Shown: one piece after another, positions 38,363-46,032 of the stretch
How the letters are laid out: each line of letters begins with the position of its first letter
How positions within the stretch are numbered: the first letter of the stretch is position 1
IMG/VR virus record: IMGVR_UViG_3300021400_000447
Span: 1-64,000 of that record
Length of the DNA stretch: 64,000 nucleotides
Reading direction: 5' to 3' (one strand)
From: a virus
Lineage: Duplodnaviria > Caudoviricetes
Translations under genes and position numbers: made by a program
Notes under the pieces: model-generated
Databases searched by the model: none
The model's input: only the letters and a program-made list of their open reading frames with translations
Told to the model about the DNA's origin: nothing

Positions 38363-38384
38363 ACTTATAGACAGTGAGGGATGG

Positions 38385-38460
38385 GCTCCTGTGGCGCAGT
38401 TGGTAGCGCAACGGACTTTTAATCCGTGTGCCGCGGGTTCAAATCCCGCCAGGGGCACCA
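38385..38460 (+). tRNA. tRNA-Lys(TTT)
   Basis: ACGGA-CTTTTAA-TCCGT; encoded CCA. Confidence 0.9.
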
Positions 38461-38646
38461 TTATCCAAGACAGTAAGGATATAAAACTAAGCTGCGGTTT
38501 CTCACTCGAAGTCAGTAGAAGAGTGTGCGCTACACTTCGGAAATGGGAAGTGGGGATAAGCAAAGACCAGACCTGATGTTTTATGACGGTCGCCACGTAA
38601 TGTGGAACAAAGGTAATTCCGTTCATAAGGCTATATGGAACAACAA

Positions 38647-38721
38647 CGGGGAGTAGTTCAGTTTGGCTAGAATGGTCGATTTGGGATCGACAGGTCGCAA
38701 GTTCAAATCTTGTCTCCCCGA
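38647..38721 (+). tRNA. tRNA-Pro(TGG)
   Basis: CGGGGAG/CTCCCCG; GTCGA-TTTGGGA-TCGAC. Confidence 0.9.
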
Positions 38722-39202
38722 CTTGTCCAAGGCAGTGAGGACATTAAATTTATACTGTAACCTTACCCAAAGTTTATCTTTGGGAACATGGTGAAAACCG
38801 GAGCTGTGACGCCGGCCGGGATATAAAATTATTAGGCCACCGCTTATAGGAGAGATTGCTTAATGTGTTCTTCACTCCTTGCCCGTAAGCTAAATAAAGA
38901 ATCCTCACATTGCCGATGTAGTTAAAGCTACTACTGCCGGCGACCTCAGTGAAATTCTGGGGCGAGTACAATAAAAAAGCTTACAATGCATTTGGGTTGT
39001 AGGTATCCCTCTCCACGGAGGAAAACCTTCTATATGCTGACGAAAAACGGGAGACGAGAGAAGTGTTGGATGCTCTCACTGCGCGGGAAGTCGCAGAATC
39101 GCGGACTATGACCACCGACCCCGTCACATAGTGTAGTCAGTATTTTGGGCTTTGGTAAGAGGACCATATAAGTAGTTGATAGTGGAACAATAACCCAAAC
39201 TT

Positions 39203-39279
39203 CGGAACTTAACTCAGTTGGTTAGAGTGGCGGTCTTATAAACCGCAAGTCCTGGGTTCAAGTCCCAGAGTTCCGACCA
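39203..39279 (+). tRNA. tRNA-Ile(TAT), non-lysidine AUA decoder
   Basis: CGGAACT/AGTTCCG; GCGGT-CTTATAA-ACCGC; encoded CCA. Confidence 0.9.
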
Positions 39280-39353
39280 TCTACCCAGCGTGCTGGGTGA
39301 AATCTTTGGCGGGGATGTTCCCCGCCAATATTATAATCTAGGAGCATTTCTAA

Positions 39354-39638
39354 ATGGATCATTTTTATCGAATTATTGTATTTTTTCAAATTCCATCAGG
39401 CACAAGACTTCCTAATTATGACACCGTAGGATATTATAAATATTTCAAAGATGCAGAACAATGTGTTAGAAATAATTCATATGACATAAACGAACAAGGT
39501 GCGCATCCAGCGGCTATGATTATTGAAACCGAATATGGCATGTATCCATTTTGTCCTGCTCGAGCATATTATGAATGGAAAAATGGGGAATATATTCGAG
39601 AAAAAGAACCTAAAGTGCTTCATGGATATAATATCTGA
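39354..39638 (+). CDS. Hypothetical protein
   Basis: AGGAG RBS; ends TGA. Confidence 0.65.
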   Translation: MDHFYRIIVFFQIPSGTRLPNYDTVGYYKYFKDAEQCVRNNSYDINEQGAHPAAMIIETEYGMYPFCPARAYYEWKNGEYIREKEPKVLHGYNI

Positions 39639-39647
39639 TCTAAAAAT

Positions 39648-39676
39648 TTGACCTCTAATAAAAATTTTGCTATAAT
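39648..39676 (+). promoter_or_regulatory. sigmaA promoter
   Basis: TTGACC-17-TATAAT, TG extension. Confidence 0.8.
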
Positions 39677-39710
39677 ATATATGCAAGGTTGAGAGAAGGA
39701 GCTGATTCCT

Positions 39711-39836
39711 ATGCCGGATGATTTCGTAACGAATGATTCATATGACGCATATGATGCTGATTATGAAGAAGAAGAACAGACTTGGGACGAGTATTGCCGA
39801 GAACTGGCGCGGGAAAGCGATGATTTGACAGATTAA
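39711..39836 (+). CDS. 41-aa highly acidic peptide
   Basis: AAGGAG RBS; own promoter; 17 of 41 residues D/E; below track length cutoff. Confidence 0.6.
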   Translation: MPDDFVTNDSYDAYDADYEEEEQTWDEYCRELARESDDLTD

Positions 39837-39853
39837 AAAAATTATGATATAAT
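39825..39853 (+). promoter_or_regulatory. sigmaA promoter upstream of suppressor tRNA locus
   Basis: TTGACA-17-TATAAT, TG extension. Confidence 0.85.
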
Positions 39854-40119
39854 TTATTATGGGCTTGGGATAACTTTGGACACAGCTTATCCTGCCTAAA
39901 ATTAACAGGTGTTACAGAGCCACCTTTAAAGCCCTGGCTTCTGGGCGCAATCCCAAAAATCTACGACCGTTAACACGGATTTAGCACTTCAACTACCACC
40001 GGCACGAAATCCGCCGCGAAAGCGAACGAGTATGCTTGGTTTAACAAGCGGGCGGCTCAGTAGTGATATGTGGCTTAGCGGAAAACGGTATATAAAGAAG
40101 CGAAGTAAAGTGCAATTGT

Positions 40120-40384
40120 AGCCCCTTAGTTCAACGGTAGAACACCGGTCTCTAGTCTTAATTTGGAGCTTCATATGGGGACATATGAATGAAAACGCCG
40201 CTAATTCGGAGAAAGCTTAACTGCCAACCCCGAGCAAGGAGAAATCCGTGTGTAGAGACTTTACACGGCGCATCTAGAACAGATGAAGATAAAGTCCGGA
40301 CCACAATGCAAAAGCAATGCGTGTGAAGAAAACCGTTATATCCCTCTGAAGGAGGTAGTCTGGGTTCGAATCCCAGAGGGGCCA
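40120..40384 (+). tRNA. Amber suppressor tRNA (anticodon CTA), intron-split; exons 40120-40153 and 40329-40384
   Basis: D arm GTTC-AACGGTA-GAAC; spliced anticodon arm CCGGT-CTCT|AAA-ACCGT; T arm CTGGG-TTCGAAT-CCCAG; acceptor GCCCCT/AGGGGC with A.C mismatch at 1-72; 23-nt extra arm. Confidence 0.75.
40154..40328 (+). ncRNA. Compact group I intron (~175 nt) between anticodon positions 35 and 36
   Basis: P1 CTCT/GGAG with U.G at splice site; P2 TTCATATG-GGGA-CATATGAA; P3 CGCCG/CGGCG; P7 GAGACT/AGTCC; P8 CATCT/AGATG; J8/7 AAGATA; terminal G; TTT guide can pair 3' exon AAA (P10). Confidence 0.85.
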
Positions 40385-40389
40385 CAATA

Positions 40390-40418
40390 TTGACTTTTCT
40401 TACAAAATATACTATAAT
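40390..40418 (+). promoter_or_regulatory. sigmaA promoter
   Basis: TTGACT-17-TATAAT. Confidence 0.8.
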
Positions 40419-40437
40419 ATATTTGTAAGAAAAATTT

Positions 40438-40508
40438 GGGGGATTCGCTAATCGGATTAGCACGCGGCTGTTAACCGCGCTAGAGAGGTTCAACTCCTCT
40501 ATCCCCCG
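40438..40508 (+). tRNA. tRNA-Asn(GTT)
   Basis: GGGGGAT/ATCCCCC; CGCGG-CTGTTAA-CCGCG; G73. Confidence 0.8.
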
Positions 40509-40602
40509 TTCGTGCTTTGATGACCAAATGTAGCTTGGCAGTAAATAAATATTAATGCAGATGTGGGGTTATGATGAAAGCCTTTACCTTAAAAGACTAT
40601 AT

Positions 40603-40673
40603 GCGCGATTAGTGTAATGGTAACATTCGACCCTTCCAAGGTTGCGTTGACGGTTCGAGCCCGTTATCGCGCT
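40603..40673 (+). tRNA. tRNA-Gly(TCC)
   Basis: GCGCGAT/ATCGCGC; loop CTTCCAA; U73. Confidence 0.85.
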
Positions 40674-40710
40674 CTTACACAAAGAGAAAATAAAATATCG
40701 TGGGAGAATA

Positions 40711-40944
40711 ATGAAAATGAGAAACGACAAGACTCTCGAACAGGCAGTTTCTGATACTGTTGCATACATTAAGCGTGCTGAAGCAGAACGCTTAGATGAA
40801 AATCTGCGAATGAATCATTCTCAGATTGCGGAAATCGTGAGAGAAGAATTTACATTATTCGCCCGGCCAGAAGAAGACTATCAAACCACCATTGAGCGGG
40901 TCGGCCGCAGTATCATTGAAGAAACCGATCTTACCAGGTGGTAA
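40711..40944 (+). CDS. Hypothetical protein
   Basis: GGGAG RBS; between tRNAs; ends TAA. Confidence 0.6.
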   Translation: MKMRNDKTLEQAVSDTVAYIKRAEAERLDENLRMNHSQIAEIVREEFTLFARPEEDYQTTIERVGRSIIEETDLTRW

Positions 40945-40947
40945 TTT

Positions 40948-41020
40948 GCTGGATTAGCTCAATTGGTAGAGCATTTGATTTGTAATCAAAGGGTTCTCGG
41001 TTCAAGTCCGACATCCAGCT
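40948..41020 (+). tRNA. tRNA-Thr(TGT)
   Basis: GCTGGAT/ATCCAGC; TTTGA-TTTGTAA-TCAAA. Confidence 0.9.
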
Positions 41021-41029
41021 CTTTATAAT

Positions 41030-41101
41030 GGGTTCATATATCAATGGTAGATGGCCTGCTTTGCAAGCAGGAGGTTGAGGGTTCAAATCCCTCTGGATCC
41101 A
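41030..41101 (+). tRNA. tRNA-Ala(TGC)
   Basis: G3.U70 pair; CCTGC-TTTGCAA-GCAGG. Confidence 0.85.
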
Positions 41102-41483
41102 CTTCAACCCAAGTAAAACGGGAATTGACTCGTTATAACCAGCCAATTTTAATTGGCGGCCTGATGAACGTTCGACTCGTTCGTTGCTTAAGTCGGTCTG
41201 AGGGCGGAACTGGCATCCGCCGCCTAAATGGAGATACAGGATTGTCACCCTGTCTACTTAAGCAAGTAGTTTAATGGCTAAAACCGTAGGCGACGTGGCG
41301 CGGACACTGGTTTGGGTGAGGTTTCTGCTATGACCAAAAAGACATAAAATATAGCAGCAATGTGTGCTTATGACGGTATTGTTACGTTGCGGAGCAATAC
41401 TTGAGGCTTCATAGCAGTTAGCGTTAATCTGTGCGCAACAGTTAAAAAACGCATTTTGTGTTTATTTCTCTGGAGGAAAATAA

Positions 41484-42023
41484 ATGGCTGAACCTAGACT
41501 AAAGATTCTACCCCCTTGGACTATTACTATTCGTAAGTTTGAAGCTCTATTTGATGGTGATCCCCAGATTGCATGCAACTGCAACTTTGGCGGCACAGAA
41601 CCTTCTATTACGCTCGCCTGTAACAATGGCGACAAGGTTGCAGCACTTCTACAGCTTCTACCTGATGAGATTGGTTTCGGGCATGTAAAGCTTAAGGTTG
41701 TGGTAGATGGCACTCCATCTAATCGTGTTTTTACAAGCAAGGTCGAACTTTTTGACACAGCGTTTAAGGGCAACCCAGCGTATGCCTATTCTGTTTGCCC
41801 TGCCGAGGAAGGTTATCAGTGGATTGGAACGACATATGTTGTATTCAATAATTGTGTAGTACAGTTTGCAGCGGATAATCTAAATGATTGCCATGGTGTT
41901 ATTAGCACACTTTATGAGACAATTGCTGATGAACTACTAACTGGGCCTGCGACTGAGGGCGTGTTCTTCAACACCAACGTTGAACGTGCTAATCTTGGTA
42001 TGCCGCTTGGCGAGTGGCCGTAA
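41484..42023 (+). CDS. Conserved phage hypothetical protein
   Basis: GGAGG RBS; 179 aa; no TAG. Confidence 0.75.
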   Translation: MAEPRLKILPPWTITIRKFEALFDGDPQIACNCNFGGTEPSITLACNNGDKVAALLQLLPDEIGFGHVKLKVVVDGTPSNRVFTSKVELFDTAFKGNPAYAYSVCPAEEGYQWIGTTYVVFNNCVVQFAADNLNDCHGVISTLYETIADELLTGPATEGVFFNTNVERANLGMPLGEWP

Positions 42024-42081
42024 TATCTGACCTACTAGTGTAGGTACAGTTTCTGGGAGCGTGTATAAGCGCTTCCTGCTT

Positions 42082-42159
42082 CGGGATGTAGCACAGTTGG
42101 TTTAGTGCAGCGCTCTGATAAGGCGAAGACCGGTGGTTCAAGTCCATCCATCCCGACCA
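42082..42159 (+). tRNA. tRNA-Ile(GAT)
   Basis: CGGGATG/CATCCCG; loop CTGATAA; encoded CCA. Confidence 0.85.
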
Positions 42160-42256
42160 GTGCGGGCGACCGGTCCGCAGAAGCGTCCGATCAACGCAAA
42201 ACCGGCCATGTGTGTTCCGCAACTCCACATGTAAAATTAAAAAAGTTGCGGCGCGT

Positions 42257-42329
42257 GCGAGATTAGCTCAGCTGGTAGAGCATTTGGCTTACATCCAAAG
42301 GGTCAGCGGTTCGAATCCGTTATCTTGCA
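42257..42329 (+). tRNA. tRNA-Val(TAC)
   Basis: GCGAGAT/ATCTTGC; TTTGG-CTTACAT-CCAAA. Confidence 0.9.
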
Positions 42330-42353
42330 CTATAAAATATTGGAGGTTATATT

Positions 42354-42539
42354 ATGAAGGAAGTTGTAGTTTATTTTACCAATGGCAATCGTGCAACGTT
42401 TGAAATGGATAAAGTACAATTTGTTGATGTTATTACTCCAAAAATGCTAGAAGAGCTCCAAGTTACTGATGGATATTCACTAGTACGGAGCGATACGATT
42501 AGTTTCGTCAAGGTACGAGAAAAGAAAGAGGAAGTATAA
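42354..42539 (+). CDS. Small hypothetical protein
   Basis: GGAGG RBS; TAATG coupling. Confidence 0.65.
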   Translation: MKEVVVYFTNGNRATFEMDKVQFVDVITPKMLEELQVTDGYSLVRSDTISFVKVREKKEEV

Positions 42540-42739
42540 TGAGGGACATTAATCGCATTCCTAAGATGCTTAAACTTATTGAGACTGTGTGGCGCGAAGT
42601 CCCAGATTGGCGGCTTGGGCAACTGCTTGTAAATGTTGTAAATACACTAGGCGGCGTGCCTATGGATAATAATTTGTTCTACATCGAGGATGAAGATCTA
42701 ATGAAGGCACTAGAGAAAATTGCTGAGAGGGATGGCTAA
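42539..42739 (+). CDS. Conserved phage protein (RDINRI..W...PDWRLGQL..FYIED family)
   Basis: Recognisable motif set. Confidence 0.75.
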   Translation: MRDINRIPKMLKLIETVWREVPDWRLGQLLVNVVNTLGGVPMDNNLFYIEDEDLMKALEKIAERDG

Positions 42740-42741
42740 AT

Positions 42742-42912
42742 ATGGAAACATTTCTTGTAATTTTTTCCGCAATTGGTGTTTGTGCGCTACTCTTTGGTCT
42801 TGGCTTATTTATTGTTAACCTACAGTAGCTTTTTGAGCGCGTGAGAAGTCTTGAAGAAACTGTATATAAGATTCAATATGGGGACAACGTGACTTTTAGT
42901 ACGAAAGATTAA
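42742..42912 (+). CDS. Small membrane protein, 1 TAG
   Basis: Hydrophobic N-terminus; open to TAA with TAG read-through. Confidence 0.5.
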
Positions 42913-43072
42913 TGCCGATGATTAATGACGTGCTTATGATTATTCTGATTGTTTTTTACAGCATCTTCCTACTGCTCTTTCTGGCAATGGTCGGCTTCGG
43001 CGTATACGAGTTTGTCGCTATGTGCAAAGATGAAAAAGAAGCCAGGAAGGCCAGGAAGGAGAGGGAAGAGAG

Positions 43073-43387
43073 GTGGAAGAAATGAGACTTATTGATGCTG
43101 ACGCGCTGTTAGAGAAAATGAAACACAGAAAAGAGTATGTCGGCAGACCGTCCGACCCGGTGTGCCTCGTTGAGGATGCGCCCGCCGTTGCAGAATGGAT
43201 AAACGTAAAGGACAGGACGCCGAAGATTGGACAAATGTGCCTTATCTGGGATGGGAAGAATGTGAAGGCTGGGGTTCATCTTTCGTGCGGCGTGTGGAGC
43301 GTTTCAAACACGCTCGAATACCCTGAATTTTGGATGCCACTACTGCTTGAGCCTCCGAAGGAGATGAGTAGAGATGCGACTAATTGA
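43073..43387 (+). CDS. RLIDAD/DUF551-like small protein
   Basis: MRLIDADAL, WINVKDRTP, FWMPL. Confidence 0.7.
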   Translation: MEEMRLIDADALLEKMKHRKEYVGRPSDPVCLVEDAPAVAEWINVKDRTPKIGQMCLIWDGKNVKAGVHLSCGVWSVSNTLEYPEFWMPLLLEPPKEMSRDATN

Positions 43388-43718
43388 TGCGGACACGCTA
43401 AAAGAAATCATTGGTGAATGTCCGGAAAACTGGACAGATTCGCCAGAAGAAGTTGAAGCATTTAATATGTGGCATCGTATTATGGATGACATAGATTCTA
43501 CTCCCACCGTGAAACCAGATTTTTGGATTAGCGTTGAGGAGCGCTTGCCTGATGACAGCATGGAAGTCCTTGTCTTACTAAAAATAAAAGATGTTCTTGT
43601 CCCAGACATGGGTGTATTAATAAGCGGCAATTGGTGGAGTACAATGTCTTACAATATGATGGTTGGTGACCCACTATTCTGGGCTGAGATTCCTCGCGGC
43701 CCTGATAATTACAAGTGA
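43374..43718 (+). CDS. RLIDAD/DUF551-like small protein
   Basis: MRLIDADTL, WISVEERLP, WAEIP. Confidence 0.7.
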   Translation: MRLIDADTLKEIIGECPENWTDSPEEVEAFNMWHRIMDDIDSTPTVKPDFWISVEERLPDDSMEVLVLLKIKDVLVPDMGVLISGNWWSTMSYNMMVGDPLFWAEIPRGPDNYK

Positions 43719-43743
43719 TACACAGATGTGGAGGTAGACGGAG

Positions 43744-44100
43744 ATGCGGCTGATTGATGCAGATAAGCTAATACGTAGTATCAATAGCATATCAGTTTTG
43801 ACCGGTCTTGGCCTTCAGCCTGTAATAACAATTGCAGATGTAAAAGAATTAATTAATGCAATACCAACAGCAAGTGACTGGATTAGCGTTAAAGAAAAAC
43901 TGCCTGCAACAAATGTTGAGGTGCTGGCAATGTATGTATACGATGACAAGCCTGGTGAGCGTTACGTTGAACCAACATTCTATTTTGATGATGGTAATGG
44001 TAAAGGACATTGGCACTTAGGTGATGAGCACACCTTTGGGCCTGTACGAAAAACAATAATAGCGTGGATGCCAATGCCAAAGCCGTATGAGGTGAGTTAA
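43744..44100 (+). CDS. RLIDAD/DUF551-like small protein
   Basis: MRLIDADKL, WISVKEKLP, AWMPMPKP. Confidence 0.7.
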   Translation: MRLIDADKLIRSINSISVLTGLGLQPVITIADVKELINAIPTASDWISVKEKLPATNVEVLAMYVYDDKPGERYVEPTFYFDDGNGKGHWHLGDEHTFGPVRKTIIAWMPMPKPYEVS

Positions 44101-44102
44101 AA

Positions 44103-44417
44103 ATGGCTGAATTTGATTTTGAAAACATCATTAAAAAAGGCGTTGAGGCGGCTATCAACGAGCCTGTATACGATGGCAAGAGTATCACAGAATGGGCGGC
44201 TGTCGGCATGAAAGCGCCGCAATGGATCAACGTGGAAGATAGAGTACCAGAAGATGCGCAAGATTACATCATATGCGTTCTCGCAGGTGACGGGACGAAG
44301 CATGTAACGATCGGAACATATGATGGGTGGCGCAAACGTTGGAATGATAAGTTCGGTGTCATATGGGTGCCTGACCGTGTGACCCATTGGATGCCATTCC
44401 CAGAACCACTAGCTTGA
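44103..44417 (+). CDS. DUF551-like small protein
   Basis: WINVEDRVP, VTHWMPFPEP. Confidence 0.7.
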   Translation: MAEFDFENIIKKGVEAAINEPVYDGKSITEWAAVGMKAPQWINVEDRVPEDAQDYIICVLAGDGTKHVTIGTYDGWRKRWNDKFGVIWVPDRVTHWMPFPEPLA

Positions 44418-44447
44418 CGCTAAAAGAATCAAATGGGAGACAGAACC

Positions 44448-44846
44448 ATGAAAATCATTGATTTTTCCAAAAAGGGCAATATAGTGCGCTTTTATTTGGG
44501 CGCTGATGACTTGCAAGAATGGTATGGCGACGATTGGAATGATGCGCCATATGAATATAATGCAGGAAAAGTATACGATCGATTTATCGTCGGTCACAAA
44601 GACATTGCCTTTCCGTTTGATACGTTTGTGCTTGAACCGTGTGAAGGACACGTGAATAGCAGATGGTGTAAGAATGATATGGTAACAAGACGTGTGCCAT
44701 GCATCATTGCTGTACCAAAAGAAAAGACAGAGGATAGCTGGTATGGACAGGATTTTGAGCACTGGGTTTGGACGGATGGAGTACAGCGATTTTTCTTTGG
44801 AGATAGAATGGAACTTGATGCAGAGGATGCGAGCGAAGATGCTTGA
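44448..44846 (+). CDS. Hypothetical protein (WYGDDWNDAPYEYNAG family)
   Basis: GGGAG RBS; ends TGA. Confidence 0.65.
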   Translation: MKIIDFSKKGNIVRFYLGADDLQEWYGDDWNDAPYEYNAGKVYDRFIVGHKDIAFPFDTFVLEPCEGHVNSRWCKNDMVTRRVPCIIAVPKEKTEDSWYGQDFEHWVWTDGVQRFFFGDRMELDAEDASEDA

Positions 44847-45129
44847 CAGGAAGAAGGTTATTAAAGGGCTAGAGTGCTGTACCAAATCACCTGACACCAT
44901 AGAGTTAGAGGATTGCCGCAGATGCCAATATAGGGATGAAAAGGATTGCTCCTGTGTGGTCATGCAGGACGCTCTCGCCCTGCTGAAAGAGCAGGAGCCT
45001 GTGGAACCGAAGAAACCAATCAGCGCGGATGACCCGTTCTACGAGTGCGGCAACTGTGGAATGCCCATTGCCAGCACCATGTATCAATTCTGTCCGTATT
45101 GCGGAAGGAAGGTAGATTGGAATGTCTGA
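44839..45129 (+). CDS. Zn-ribbon protein (DRKKVIKGLE.C family)
   Basis: CRRCQY, CGNCG, FCPYCGRKV.W. Confidence 0.7.
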   Translation: MLDRKKVIKGLECCTKSPDTIELEDCRRCQYRDEKDCSCVVMQDALALLKEQEPVEPKKPISADDPFYECGNCGMPIASTMYQFCPYCGRKVDWNV

Positions 45130-45454
45130 CCGGGAGAAGGTTATTAAGGAACTGGAAGAATGCCTCACTGCTTCGTGCAGAGGATTCTGGACTTGTCCGT
45201 ACAGCGACAATGCGTGGGATGCCGTTAGAGAAGCGCTGGCCCTGCTGAGAGAGCATGAGCCGATTGCACCTGTGAAGGTGAATAGGTACATCGAAACTAA
45301 CGAACACGGCGGCTGGTTTCCATCTGAAACTTATGATTGTGGAAATTGCGGCGCAGAATTGTGTAACAAGGCGAATTATTGTTACGTTTGTGGAAGGCCG
45401 GTGAAGTGGGATGTATCTGCTTGGCGGATGGCTATCTACACCGAGACAAGATAA
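45122..45454 (+). CDS. Zn-ribbon protein, paralogue of preceding gene
   Basis: DREKVIKELE.C, CGNCG, YCYVCGRPV.W. Confidence 0.7.
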   Translation: MSDREKVIKELEECLTASCRGFWTCPYSDNAWDAVREALALLREHEPIAPVKVNRYIETNEHGGWFPSETYDCGNCGAELCNKANYCYVCGRPVKWDVSAWRMAIYTETR

Positions 45455-46032
45455 GAAAGAATGAGGGCAAAGATGTGGATCCGATAAGCCATTTTAGGAA
45501 CAGATTCTATTATGGAGCAAATGAAGCTCATATTCCTTATTCAGATCTTGATGAAGAAGATCTCGAAGATGAAGAGCGCGACAGGTACTATCGGGCTAAG
45601 GAGTTCATTAAAGACACGCTTGACGATCCATGCGTATCTGTCTATTTGCGAACCAACTACCAAGGTATATTTGGCAATACTATGAGTCAAACTAAGTGGG
45701 ACAACCACGATTGGAGCGTTTACGCGGAAGTTGTTGCACAAAAATCAGACGAGGAACTCGAACCTTATCTTGCGGAACTTTTTGATTGGTGCAGCTTTAT
45801 CTACGATGATGGGACGGATGCAGACGTAATTGCTGAGAGGTTGAAGAAGTTTAAGCGTACTGATGGTTTTATGTATGCTGCAAAGATGGCAATACGAAGA
45901 GCAATGAATGATAGAACGATGAACCTATCCTCGAATTTTGACGTAGGTCTTCGGTGTGCGTTTTTGCCGGGAGAATATGAAATCTTGCTTGCAGAGATTA
46001 AAAATGAGGTGCAATTTGATGCGGTTAATTGA
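45379..46032 (+). CDS. Acidic hypothetical protein (start uncertain)
   Basis: Long open frame filling gap. Confidence 0.6.
   Translation: MLRLWKAGEVGCICLADGYLHRDKIRKNEGKDVDPISHFRNRFYYGANEAHIPYSDLDEEDLEDEERDRYYRAKEFIKDTLDDPCVSVYLRTNYQGIFGNTMSQTKWDNHDWSVYAEVVAQKSDEELEPYLAELFDWCSFIYDDGTDADVIAERLKKFKRTDGFMYAAKMAIRRAMNDRTMNLSSNFDVGLRCAFLPGEYEILLAEIKNEVQFDAVN

Noticed and set aside
40120-40384. TAG as pyrrolysine
   Set aside because: TAG falls on conserved Gln positions, TAG density is far too high, and no pyl genes were recognised in the window
41161-41200. Hammerhead ribozyme at CTGATGA
   Set aside because: The stem is not followed by the required GAAA and no matching cleavage triplet context was seen
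37359-42403. Track ORFs overlapping tRNAs and the intron (37359, 38270, 38334, 40158, 40584, 40931, 41044, 41989, 42212)
   Set aside because: They lie on or antisense to well-formed RNA genes and have no convincing RBS or protein motif
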